A DNA stretch of 46,757 bases, taken from Oligoflexia bacterium. GTDB lineage: Bacteria > Bdellovibrionota_C > UBA2361 > SZUA-149 > DAOLCO01. Positions 1-9,836 of the stretch are shown one piece after another (the first letter of the stretch is position 1; every line of letters begins with the position of its first letter). Both the position numbers and the translations under genes were made by a program. Where the stretch lies: positions 1 through 46,757 of the forward strand of contig DAOLCO010000031.1 in NCBI GenBank assembly GCA_035327825.1, in the 5' to 3' direction. A model generated the notes under the pieces. That model made no database searches. It was not told where the DNA came from and saw only the letters and a program-made list of their open reading frames with translations.

Positions 1-236
1 TCTCTAGTCTTATTAGCTATTTTTAGAAAATGGTGGAGATATGACGAAACTCCCGATTAGGTACCACCCTCTTTCCGTGACACATTTAAATATGATAATT
101 TCAACGGCTTAGTCCGAGCATCATAATGGTCTTAGGCTCATAGGGCCCGTTGCCAAACAGGCCCCAAATTACCATACCAATTGATTAGCAGTAGATATTA
201 TAAGGCATCGCATGCTGTAATGAGTGCATGGTAGAA

Positions 237-623
237 TCATGATCCATAAATTCTCAGATCTGTTATTTTGGCAATAGATTTATAATCGCGGTCGCGATGC
301 CAGACTCTTAGTTTGTGTTTAATTGCTATTGCTGAAATCAAACAATCGGCTGATGACCGTATTGTCAGACCTTTTCGGCGGGCTAATGAAAAAATCTCGC
401 TGGCAGTAATATAATCCTCCAGTGGAGTAGGATCCGAAGCTCTCGGGATTTCCATGAACGAGTCTTTAAACTTTGCTGACGTTTGATTGTCCTTTAGTCC
501 TTGAAATATCTCCTGAATTATTATTGGAGTCGTCACTGCTTGACCAAAAACGGTAGAGCTAATTTCGAGCTTTGTTTTCGGCCTTAGGAAATCAATCCAG
601 ATTGAAGTATCTATAAGTATCAA
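237..623 (-). CDS. vapC: VapC-family PIN-domain toxin (type II toxin-antitoxin)
   Basis: 128 aa with PIN acidic motifs: ILIDTSIWID, IIQEIFQG, SADCLISAIA, WHRDRDY; directly downstream of a small antitoxin-like gene. Confidence 0.92.
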   Translation of the reverse strand: MILIDTSIWIDFLRPKTKLEISSTVFGQAVTTPIIIQEIFQGLKDNQTSAKFKDSFMEIPRASDPTPLEDYITASEIFSLARRKGLTIRSSADCLISAIAIKHKLRVWHRDRDYKSIAKITDLRIYGS

Positions 624-635
624 AGTCTTATTGAA

Positions 636-857
636 CTATTTTTTAGTAGTCTTTCTTTTGGGTTTATCATCTCGCATCTCAGACAGCGCGCCCTCCCAGA
701 GCCCAGAGCCCCGGAAATCCAAAATCCCCCTTATTTTTACAGCCTTGATCGCCTCATCAAGTGCTCTATTTACTGTATCAGAATATGTTTTCTCGCCGAA
801 AAGACGAGAAGCAGTATTTAGCAGGTTCTCGTCAAGTATTAGATTTGTACGTTTCAT
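636..857 (-). CDS. vapB: VapB-family antitoxin (DUF2191-like ribbon-helix-helix)
   Basis: 73 aa; MKRTNLILDENLL...TVNRAL...WEG pattern typical of these antitoxins; ends 12 bp upstream of the PIN gene. Confidence 0.88.
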   Translation of the reverse strand: MKRTNLILDENLLNTASRLFGEKTYSDTVNRALDEAIKAVKIRGILDFRGSGLWEGALSEMRDDKPKRKTTKK

Positions 858-863
858 GTGTAT

Positions 864-892
864 ATTATACCTGAGCAGTACAAATAGAGCAA
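864..892 (-). promoter_or_regulatory. Sigma70-type promoter of vapBC, probably leaderless
   Basis: Minus strand TTGCTC (892-887), 17-nt spacer, TATAAT (869-864), then 6 nt and the ATG at 857; no Shine-Dalgarno sequence. Confidence 0.7.
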
Positions 893-1019
893 TTTACTTT
901 TCTTAGGCGTTATCCAATAACTTATCCTCAGGGCCTATACACATCTGTGTTTTCTTCTGCAGTGATTTTGTTAGCAACTTGACCTTTGTTCGCAGCCAGC
1001 GTCTTAATTCAGCTCTACA

Positions 1020-3656
1020 CTACCTCTGAAACCGAACCGCTTTAATCCATATATTATCGTCTTCTGGCCTATGTGGCAGGACGTATATAATCCCGATAGA
1101 AGCATTAGGCGGGGCCTTCATTATGGCTACATGATCTGTAAAAACATTTTCGCACTCTACTGGTTCAATGTTGAAACTTAAAAGCTCTCCAGTCTCAGAT
1201 ATCCAGTTTGTTTGAAGCCTTAAAAGAGTAGATGCTGTGTCAGAACGTGCCGTAATCTTAAGCTCATACTCAGCCCCGGGATCGACTGAAACAGCTTGAT
1301 GTATTCTACTGTTTTCACCAATTAATGCGCCACTGTTATTTTGCTCTATTAACTTCGGATCACCTTCCACAGTCCATCCATCTGAAAGCGGATGAAGAAG
1401 ATTCGGATTGGTAAGTAATTCAACGCGAGGTAACAGCTTTTGATTAATTCGATAAAGGACAGAAGATCCAATTCTTGATTCCTCAGTTCCGTATGAAGAA
1501 AGGAACTCTCTAACAGGCAATGAAAGACCTGCTTCATGTCCACTCATCAGATGACTAATGTTATATTCTTTTATGATGGCCAAAAGATCATTTGGCGACA
1601 AAATCCTTTGCATAAGCCGATAAATCCGGTCGTTATACCAGGCATTTACGAAAGCCTCTCCACGAATTCCAGCTGCAATGGCGGAGTTCTGATCAAGGGA
1701 TAATACTCTTGAATTATTTCCGTAAGTTGAGTTAAGCGATTCAATTAGTAATCTTTGCGGAACCTTGAATCTTAATTCTTCTTCCTGTTTTCCACGCAGT
1801 GTCTCTGTTATCGGGAAATTACGATAAAGCCAGAGTCCGGCTGGTGCACACCAGATATTAATTGCAATTATAAAAAGTATAACTGGAGAAAGAAGTGCAA
1901 GATACTTTTTTCCGTGAATTTCAATTAACCATAAAGCATAAGCAATCAATAAAGACTGCATAACAAATGATGGGAAAAGATAGCGAAGATATGCCTGAAA
2001 AGGATAGACAAGTAAAAAATATCCCCAGGCAATAGTAAAGGTCATTAAGAAAAATCGACTCCTTCCAAAAACTCCAGCTAAAAATACAAGTGGAAAGAAA
2101 AGCAAAAACTGCAAACCAAGAGCTCCGTCAATGGCTTCAAGAAATTTACTGCTCTTAAAGGTCATGTCATAAAGAGCCTTAATACTAAGTGGAAGCATAT
2201 AGGTTGGTTGGGAAAAGGACTGGGTGGAGTCATAATAAGGAGATTTAAAGAAAGCATTATAAAAAGGGAATACGGGGTTTTGAGTGGTGGTCCACGCATA
2301 AATGTAAGGGTAGGCGCCATAAAGTAGCAAGGTAGATATTGATGCAAGTATGTATGGGGCAATATTTTTATATGGCAGTGGTTTAATAAGTCGAAGCATG
2401 ATTAATGGTAAGGCCGTTAGTGCGGTAAAGAAAATAAAAAATATACTAGTCACCTTAATTGACATTGCAGCACCTGATAGTGCTCCTGCAATTATGAGGG
2501 ATTTGTAGTGATTTGTAGTAATGAAACGATAAGTTGCATGAAAAGCACCGATTAATAAAAGTGCCCAGAGATTATCAACAAAAAGTGACCCTGTTTCAGT
2601 AAAGACAAGTGGACTTGAAAGATAAAGTGCGGATGCAAGGAGTGGGGTATATGATTGTTTGATGTTAATAAACCAGGAATTTATAACTAATGCAGTTATA
2701 AGCATAAAGCTCATGTTCAAAGTTCTTACCGAGTACTCATCTCCAAGCATATTAGCCATGGCATAAACCCAGTCAGCGCCCATTGGCATTACTGCAAAAA
2801 CAAATTGAGAAACATCAAATGACCAATAATGATTATTTTTGATAAATTCAGGAACAAGCAGGTGTATTCCAAGGGCATCCATCATCATTTCTGGTCGACA
2901 TACCTGAACTGTATGAATCATTAAAAGAGAAGAGAGAAGTGTGTAACAGACAAGTGCTGTTTTTTCAGGTTTGACAAAAAAAGAGTCGTTGATAAACAGG
3001 GCGCTGAGGGTTTTTAATCCCTGCTTGCCAGCGACAATAATTGGCACAATAAGAAGTATAAGATATGTAAATGAATAATTTACAGGAAAATGAACGAGTA
3101 GACCAATAATTAGCATATATGAAGAAATTCCAAGAAGGAGACACGAAATAACCTGAACCAGGATATCTTTAGAGGAGAAGTTTGATAAAAGTTTGATTTG
3201 ATTAGGATTGTCAAAGGAGTTACCTTCAAGAATGAGATATCCAAGGCAGAATGAGCCATAGAGTATCAAGGCGGGAATAATCCATGAGTGAATACCGCAT
3301 GAAGCAGATATAAAAATAATGGGGAAAGTTAGAAGAGATAAGGCGGGAGAAAATTTTCGATAGAAAACAAGAATGCTTGAGAAAAAGTATTGAATTAACG
3401 AAAAGCAGGCGATAAATAAAATTAGCTGTTTTTTTGAATTATAATCACTCCAGGCACCCTCAACGAAAACATGGGGATTTTTATATAGGCCAGTTGCGGT
3501 TACAAGAAAGCCAAGGATAATTGCTAGATACAGGATTAGCAGTGAAAGTGGGGCAAGGAATTTAACGGGGTTGTTGATTTCTGATTCAAGGGATGGTTCC
3601 AGCTTGCTGCAAAAGGCCTCACTTGAAGTGAGTTTTTTTCTAACATGTTCGTTCAT
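1020..3656 (-). CDS. Polytopic membrane glycosyltransferase (GT-C fold, ArnT/PMT-like) with C-terminal carbohydrate-binding-like domain
   Basis: 878 aa with many hydrophobic helices; motifs DALGIHL, FVD, AMSIK, TQNPVFPFYN, YLRY; C-terminal soluble beta domain (LLTNPNL...GWTVEG...HQAVSVDPGAEYEL) resembling CBM4/9. Confidence 0.7.
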   Translation of the reverse strand: MNEHVRKKLTSSEAFCSKLEPSLESEINNPVKFLAPLSLLILYLAIILGFLVTATGLYKNPHVFVEGAWSDYNSKKQLILFIACFSLIQYFFSSILVFYRKFSPALSLLTFPIIFISASCGIHSWIIPALILYGSFCLGYLILEGNSFDNPNQIKLLSNFSSKDILVQVISCLLLGISSYMLIIGLLVHFPVNYSFTYLILLIVPIIVAGKQGLKTLSALFINDSFFVKPEKTALVCYTLLSSLLMIHTVQVCRPEMMMDALGIHLLVPEFIKNNHYWSFDVSQFVFAVMPMGADWVYAMANMLGDEYSVRTLNMSFMLITALVINSWFINIKQSYTPLLASALYLSSPLVFTETGSLFVDNLWALLLIGAFHATYRFITTNHYKSLIIAGALSGAAMSIKVTSIFFIFFTALTALPLIMLRLIKPLPYKNIAPYILASISTLLLYGAYPYIYAWTTTQNPVFPFYNAFFKSPYYDSTQSFSQPTYMLPLSIKALYDMTFKSSKFLEAIDGALGLQFLLFFPLVFLAGVFGRSRFFLMTFTIAWGYFLLVYPFQAYLRYLFPSFVMQSLLIAYALWLIEIHGKKYLALLSPVILFIIAINIWCAPAGLWLYRNFPITETLRGKQEEELRFKVPQRLLIESLNSTYGNNSRVLSLDQNSAIAAGIRGEAFVNAWYNDRIYRLMQRILSPNDLLAIIKEYNISHLMSGHEAGLSLPVREFLSSYGTEESRIGSSVLYRINQKLLPRVELLTNPNLLHPLSDGWTVEGDPKLIEQNNSGALIGENSRIHQAVSVDPGAEYELKITARSDTASTLLRLQTNWISETGELLSFNIEPVECENVFTDHVAIMKAPPNASIGIIYVLPHRPEDDNIWIKAVRFQR

Positions 3657-6600
3657 GGCTTTGCCATTTTATCCAGAAGCGAGAGCATAATAAATAGCAC
3701 AGAAAAATTAGGCGCCTGTTTATTTATTTCAGATATGGCAAGGCGATATCTGTCCAGTAGTTCCTTTCTTGGTGTGAAGTATTTATTAACCAGGCTCGTG
3801 TCGATTATATCAGTCTTTTTACTAACGTTGCCATATCCTAGTATGGATTCGCATAATTTTGCCACTGCTTGTCTTAGATTTTCTGCCAGGGTTTGTGCAG
3901 CTAAATGCTCCCATTTGTCGTCTGAGCCAATTCCCCCACAAATTTCTATAAGGTTTCCTACTTGAAGTTCGGAAGCAAGATGTTCATATAGTCTTGCAAT
4001 TTGACTGGCGCTTTTCCCCATTTTTTCTGCAACTTTTACTATGTCAAGGTAAATAGTGGCATACTGAGATGCTGCAATTGTTCTTGCCAGATCCTTTGGA
4101 ACACCGTGCATAAGGAGATCTCTGATGTTTTCCTGGAATCGTCCAAGTTCTCCCGGACTTAGTATGTTTTCAGTTTGTGCGATTAGATCCTGAAATGGTT
4201 TCTGATATTTAGAAATTATTTCATTGAGGTTAGAGTTGTCAGATTCTTCGGTAATGATCCAGCGAGCCATTTCACTTAAAGCTCCTCTTATTCGAGTAAG
4301 CGCCGTATGATAAAAGCGAGAGGTCGTAGCCCGATCAAGCACTGCCGCATGAATTACCAGTTCTCTTCCTCCAAATATTGCATCGGCGGATATGAAGGCC
4401 TTGATCACCGCGAGATTGGTGACCGAGGTTTCTGTGCTTAATCTGTAAAGATAAGCAGGTCCCATGCGCTCTATAACCACATTTGCAATTTGTGTTGCGA
4501 TAATTTCATCTTTTAGTGGATGGCTATCAAGCAGTTCCGGAAACCGATCAACTATACTTTTTGGAAAGTACCTGATGAGGAATTGCTTAAGGAATGGATC
4601 TTTTACAAAAGGTGAATGAAGCACTTCTTCAAATGTAAGCATTTTTGCATATGCAAGAAGTACTGCAAGCTCAGGTCTGCAAAGGCCGGCTTTGCTTATT
4701 TTTCGTTTTTCAAAAGTTTCATCGTCGGGAAGATTCTCTCCACGTCGAGACAGGCCAGCAGTTTTTTCAAGGTATGAAATTAAATCCTGATAGTAATGGA
4801 GGTATCCTCTGCTGCGTTTGGCAGCAAGGCTAATTGCAAGGCTTTGAGATCGATTCCGACCAAGGACCCTTATGCAGGCTTCTTCCTCGCATTCCTTTAG
4901 AATTTTATTTCTGTCCTCTATAGTCATTTTGCCATCTATAATTGGCTTTAGAAACAGAAGCTTGAGGTTTACTTCAAGGTCGCTGGTATCTACACCGCCA
5001 GAATTGTCAACGGCATCTGTATTAATGTGTCCCCCAATTCGTGCGTATTCAACTCTTGCAAGCTGTGTAAACCCAAGATTTCCTCCTTCGGCAACCACCC
5101 TGACCCTGAGGTCTCTTGCATTGACTCTGACTTCATCGTTAGTTCTGTCGGATGCGTCCAGATGAGTTTCAAAACTTGCTTTGACATATGTGCCAATTCC
5201 CCCATTCCAGAGAAGATCAGCCGGGGCTGTAAGAATTATCTGTATTAGTTCATTTGCGGAAACAATGTCATCTTCGGTACCAAGGGCCTTTTTGCATTCG
5301 GCATTAAGTTGAATAGATTTCTCTTCACGCGAGATAACCATCCCTCCTGCACTCATTAGGCTTAAGTCATAGTCCGCCCAGCTTGATCTTGGAAGAGAAA
5401 AGAGACGTTCTCTTTCTGAAAACGACCTTAATGGATCAGGATCGGGGTCAATAAAAATATGTCTGTGATCAAATGCGGCAATCAGTTTGGCATGTTTACT
5501 TAATAAAAGACCATTTCCAAAAACATCCCCTGACATGTCTCCTATGCCGATAACGGTAAAGTCCTGAGTCTCTACGTCTACTCCAATTTCCCGAAAATGA
5601 CGAGTAGCACATTCCCATGCACCTCGTGCGGTAATCCCAAGGGCTTTGTGATCGTACCCAGCACTTCCCCCAGATGCAAAGGCATCGCCAAGCCAGAACG
5701 AAAATTCATTAATGGCAATTTCATTAGCAATATTGCTAAATGTTGCGGTTCCCTTGTCGGCAGCAACAACCAGATAGGGGTCTTCCTCATCATAGCAAAT
5801 GCAATCTTGTGGCCTTAAAATTTTATCATGTACTCTGTTGTCTGATATTTCAAGAAGAGATCTGATAAATTCCTTATACGTATTTTCTACCGCGCTTAAG
5901 AGTTCGCTCCGATCAGTGGGTTCTTCGTGAAGAACGAAACCACCTTTTGCTCCTACTGGTACAATGATGGAGTTTTTTACTTTTTGGGTTTTCATCAGAC
6001 CGAGGACTTCTGTCCTGAAATCATCCTTTCTTGAGCTCCATCGAAGACCTCCACGTGCAACTTTGCCACCTCTGAGGTGCACGCCCTGAAAATCGGGAGC
6101 GCTTACAAAAATCTCCATAAATGGCCGGGGTTCTGGCATTTTTAGTATTTTTGAACAGTCAATTTTAAGCGCAATTCTTTCTTTTTCTGTATTTTTGAAG
6201 AAATTAGTCCTAAGTATTGACTGTAGCAGATTATGCATTGCTCGGAGATATCTGTCGTGAGCAAGTGAAGGAACTTTTTTCAGGTTTTCCTCAATAAAGC
6301 TGTCCAGAGTGGCAAGTTCTTTTTTTCTTTCATCGGTGGGAATGCTGGTATTGGTATCTTGGGAAGATACGGGGGCAAATATTTTAGTAGAGAACTTTGT
6401 GTGAAAGTATTTTACCAGTAACTCTGAAAGATTGGCATTTTCGACAAGAGCCTCCATGGCGCTTATCGGAGTAGTTACTACCTGTATTTGAACTAGGTAG
6501 CGAACCAGAGCCCGAAGCATTGAGATGTCGCGGGCGACTATACCGGGTTTGGTGAGCAGATGATTAAGGTAATCATTGTCGATTTTGCGTTGCAGTATTT

Positions 6601-8557
6601 TTTTAACAGCAGGTAAGAGTATTTCGGAAGCTTGATCAAGGTTCAGTTTTTGAGCGAGCTTGGGAGTTACAAAAATATCGTAAATAGAAGCCCATACTGC
6701 TCCTTCAGTTGCGACTGGACTTACGATTTCGCTGATAACCTCAAGCCCTGCATTTTCGAGAAATGGTACGATGCCACTAAGTGTAAGATTTTCTCCGCGC
6801 TTGTAAATACGCAGTCGATATTCGGATTTCTCGCTAAAGTTTGGATGCTCTTCCAGGGATATTTCAAGAGGGAATTCAACTGTAAGTCTTTCAAGCATTT
6901 CAATATCGCAAATACTTTCCTCTGGGGAATGATTTGCTTTATAGGCTTCGCTTAGAGCTTTTGAATAATATGAAAATATTTTACCTGCCTTATCTTCATC
7001 GTATAGGTTTCTAAGTAATGTTCTAAGTTGAACATCCCAGCTAGTAGTGCGAACTTCTATATTGTTTCGCAGTTTATCGAGTATGTCAGCCTTGAGTTCC
7101 TTTTTTATTCCCTGAGAAATTGGAATAAGTGCACGGATCAATACAAGGGAAATATCACTAAGCACCGCGTGAGTTTCTACCAACAAATCTTTAGAGTTCC
7201 CTGTTTGATGGGTCCTTTCAGGTTTATTTTTTTTATTTGAAACAATTTTGTTTTCATTATCATGAGAGTCTTTGTCATGTTGGCATAGTTCTAGAATAGA
7301 TTCCTCAATTGCTTTAAGAACGTCCTGAGAATATCTTTCTTTCGGCATTATCAGGGTAAAATAGTGAAAGCGCCCTGCTTGATCGACAAGGTGTGAAAGA
7401 CCTGTTCTTTCCTGAAGTTGGGCCTGAGTTGCTTCATTAAACCAGGTTTGCAGTTTTTTTTCAGAAAACTGGAGGAAGTCAACTTTGGGCAAGGTATCAG
7501 CAAGGCTGACAAGTTCCTTGTAATCGTAGGAATTTGGAACAAGACCTTCTTCTTTTAAAATGTTTTTTAGGCGAGAAGCTAGAACGGGGATGGTGTTTAT
7601 TTCCTGTTTTAATGTTTTTGAGGTCAAAAGACCAGCAAGGGAAAGTATTTTTCCAGAGCCAATCTTGAAGTGTATAGAATCAAGATAGTCAGGGCGATGA
7701 ATCGGGCTTTTTAATGGCAGTTTCCTAACTAAAAATGAGTCCGGGCTGTTTATTAGGGTATTAATATCTTCGGTAATATATTTATTTAATAACAATGCGT
7801 AGTCTGGTTCCAGAATGTCCTGATTGTTTCCAAGAATGCCAAAGGATTTTTCTGATGTAGTAGCCCCAAGAAAGATGAAAGAGCCATTCATGATCCATTC
7901 TAGTAACTGAGCCGTTTCAGGTTTAAAAGATTGCCCGGTAGAATCATTTGAAGTGCTCTCTAGGGAGGGGATAATTTGAACGGATTCTCTGGTTAACTCA
8001 AACATATTTTTAAACTCGTTGGTAATATGTTTAAGGCGACCCAGTCTAAGAGTAAGTTCGGATATTACGGTTTCTTTAGTTAGCCCAATAGGGAGTTCAA
8101 GTTCGAGATAGCTAAAAGAAATCAATCTGTTTCCATCGAGTTCGAATATGGGATGTGAAAAACAGCGAGGGGTTAAGCCCTTTGAGTTAAAGTATTCGCG
8201 GATAGTGTCAAAAATAAAAGGTCTGTCGTTAAGAATAATAAAGAAACCTGTGTTATCTCTTTTTTCTTCTGGTGTTGTAACTGGGTTGAATGCTGAAAGG
8301 TAACTTTCGCTGGACGACCCGATGAAATTTTTTAGACAGTTACCAGCCTCTCTTACAATAGAAACAAGATGTAGTTCGGGTGTATCAAAAAGATACTGAG
8401 ATGAAGCTTTTCTAAAAAGTCCATGCGCTAATACCTGCATTATCGCGGTCTTGTTAGAGCTACGTTCGGAGTCAGGAAAATCTCCTTCAAGTTTGCAAAT
8501 TCGGGCAATTAGTGGACTTTGGATTTCGGCAGGATTTACACCGGTTAGTTTAATCAT
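3653..8557 (-). CDS. gdhB: Large NAD-specific glutamate dehydrogenase
   Basis: 1634 aa; GVHLRGGKVARGGLRWSSR, KGGFV, DPYLVVAADKGTATFS, GIGDMSGDVFGNGLL, EGGNLG, NTDAVDNSGGVDTSD. Confidence 0.96.
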   Translation of the reverse strand: MIKLTGVNPAEIQSPLIARICKLEGDFPDSERSSNKTAIMQVLAHGLFRKASSQYLFDTPELHLVSIVREAGNCLKNFIGSSSESYLSAFNPVTTPEEKRDNTGFFIILNDRPFIFDTIREYFNSKGLTPRCFSHPIFELDGNRLISFSYLELELPIGLTKETVISELTLRLGRLKHITNEFKNMFELTRESVQIIPSLESTSNDSTGQSFKPETAQLLEWIMNGSFIFLGATTSEKSFGILGNNQDILEPDYALLLNKYITEDINTLINSPDSFLVRKLPLKSPIHRPDYLDSIHFKIGSGKILSLAGLLTSKTLKQEINTIPVLASRLKNILKEEGLVPNSYDYKELVSLADTLPKVDFLQFSEKKLQTWFNEATQAQLQERTGLSHLVDQAGRFHYFTLIMPKERYSQDVLKAIEESILELCQHDKDSHDNENKIVSNKKNKPERTHQTGNSKDLLVETHAVLSDISLVLIRALIPISQGIKKELKADILDKLRNNIEVRTTSWDVQLRTLLRNLYDEDKAGKIFSYYSKALSEAYKANHSPEESICDIEMLERLTVEFPLEISLEEHPNFSEKSEYRLRIYKRGENLTLSGIVPFLENAGLEVISEIVSPVATEGAVWASIYDIFVTPKLAQKLNLDQASEILLPAVKKILQRKIDNDYLNHLLTKPGIVARDISMLRALVRYLVQIQVVTTPISAMEALVENANLSELLVKYFHTKFSTKIFAPVSSQDTNTSIPTDERKKELATLDSFIEENLKKVPSLAHDRYLRAMHNLLQSILRTNFFKNTEKERIALKIDCSKILKMPEPRPFMEIFVSAPDFQGVHLRGGKVARGGLRWSSRKDDFRTEVLGLMKTQKVKNSIIVPVGAKGGFVLHEEPTDRSELLSAVENTYKEFIRSLLEISDNRVHDKILRPQDCICYDEEDPYLVVAADKGTATFSNIANEIAINEFSFWLGDAFASGGSAGYDHKALGITARGAWECATRHFREIGVDVETQDFTVIGIGDMSGDVFGNGLLLSKHAKLIAAFDHRHIFIDPDPDPLRSFSERERLFSLPRSSWADYDLSLMSAGGMVISREEKSIQLNAECKKALGTEDDIVSANELIQIILTAPADLLWNGGIGTYVKASFETHLDASDRTNDEVRVNARDLRVRVVAEGGNLGFTQLARVEYARIGGHINTDAVDNSGGVDTSDLEVNLKLLFLKPIIDGKMTIEDRNKILKECEEEACIRVLGRNRSQSLAISLAAKRSRGYLHYYQDLISYLEKTAGLSRRGENLPDDETFEKRKISKAGLCRPELAVLLAYAKMLTFEEVLHSPFVKDPFLKQFLIRYFPKSIVDRFPELLDSHPLKDEIIATQIANVVIERMGPAYLYRLSTETSVTNLAVIKAFISADAIFGGRELVIHAAVLDRATTSRFYHTALTRIRGALSEMARWIITEESDNSNLNEIISKYQKPFQDLIAQTENILSPGELGRFQENIRDLLMHGVPKDLARTIAASQYATIYLDIVKVAEKMGKSASQIARLYEHLASELQVGNLIEICGGIGSDDKWEHLAAQTLAENLRQAVAKLCESILGYGNVSKKTDIIDTSLVNKYFTPRKELLDRYRLAISEINKQAPNFSVLFIMLSLLDKMAKP

Positions 8558-8777
8558 ACTTTGATGGTTGAGTGTGGACTGGTTGATAGTTTTTGCGGCT
8601 TCTTATAGCTAAAAACTAAAAACTAGGACAGGATACAGGAAGAAAAAGTAATAATACACTAAAAACACCCGTAATTATTTGTTTGAGTCGTCCTGGTTTT
8701 CTCATTTTAGGCCTTTGTGCTAATTGGGCAGCTGATTTTAGTCGTATTGTAATTTGTTAAGCAGGAGCATAAACCAC

Positions 8778-9770
8778 ATGAATGCTGCGGTAATAGGCGC
8801 TGGTTATCTTGGTTCATTTCATGCAGAAAAATACAGCAAGTTGCCGCAGGTCGATTTGGTAGCAGTATGCGATCTTGATGTTCAAAAAGCTGGAAAGCTA
8901 TCCAAAAAACTTAAAACTGAATCAGTTTCTGACTTCAGACTGTTACCAGATCTTGGTGTAAACTGTGCAACTGTGGCTTCTGATACACGTACTCACTATG
9001 AAATCAGTAAATTCCTTCTTGATGCTGGTATTGATGTGCTCGTTGAGAAGCCAATGACAACCACTATAAATGAGGCCAGGGAATTAATCGAGATTGCAAG
9101 GCAAAATAACAGAATTCTTCAGGTAGGTCATCTTGAACGCTTTAATCCAGCTTTGGCCAAGCTAAAAGAGCAACTACATTGTCCATGGTTTTTTGAAGTT
9201 CGAAGGATTGCGCCTTTTAAAGGCCGGGGCGCTGATGTAGATGTTGTACTTGATTTAATGATACATGACATTGATTTGCTTCTTTATCTTTCTGGTAGAC
9301 GTATTATTAAAGTTGAGGCAATGGGTATTCCCGTTCTGACTGGATCAATTGATATTGCAAATGCGAGACTCGAGTTTGAAGGTGGAGCGGTTGCTAACGT
9401 TAGTGCAAGCAGGGCTGCATTTCAATCAGAAAGAACTATAAGAGTTTTTCAGCCTGATCGTTATATTTCACTTGATTTGGAGAAAAAGCGTATCAAGGTA
9501 GCAACAAGAGGAGAGGGGTTAACTCTTTTGGGTTTTCCGCAAATTGATCAGCAGGAAGAGTATATAGATGAAAGAGACGCATTGCAGGATCAGGTTTCTT
9601 CATTTGTTGAAGCTGCAAGAAACCGTACAAAGCCTCTTGTCTCTGGTGAAGATGGCCTTAGAGCACTTGAGCTTGTTGAGAGAATTAAAGAATCAATGCG
9701 AGAATCAGCTCTTCGGTTTACAGAGGCACCAACTGCAGAAGTAGTTTCTGCTCTTGGAATCCAGATATAG
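8778..9770 (+). CDS. Gfo/Idh/MocA-family oxidoreductase, probable GnnA-like UDP-GlcNAc 3-dehydrogenase
   Basis: VIGAGYLG Rossmann motif, VEKP, VGHLERFNP, DLMIHDID; start moved to ATG 8778 because AGGAG lies at 8763-8767; immediately upstream of lpxB. Confidence 0.8.
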   Translation: MNAAVIGAGYLGSFHAEKYSKLPQVDLVAVCDLDVQKAGKLSKKLKTESVSDFRLLPDLGVNCATVASDTRTHYEISKFLLDAGIDVLVEKPMTTTINEARELIEIARQNNRILQVGHLERFNPALAKLKEQLHCPWFFEVRRIAPFKGRGADVDVVLDLMIHDIDLLLYLSGRRIIKVEAMGIPVLTGSIDIANARLEFEGGAVANVSASRAAFQSERTIRVFQPDRYISLDLEKKRIKVATRGEGLTLLGFPQIDQQEEYIDERDALQDQVSSFVEAARNRTKPLVSGEDGLRALELVERIKESMRESALRFTEAPTAEVVSALGIQI

Positions 9771-9836
9771 AATGATTTTTCAAATACTCATTTCCACATA
9801 TTCAGTCATTTTTATGGGGATTTTCAAGGACTCATT

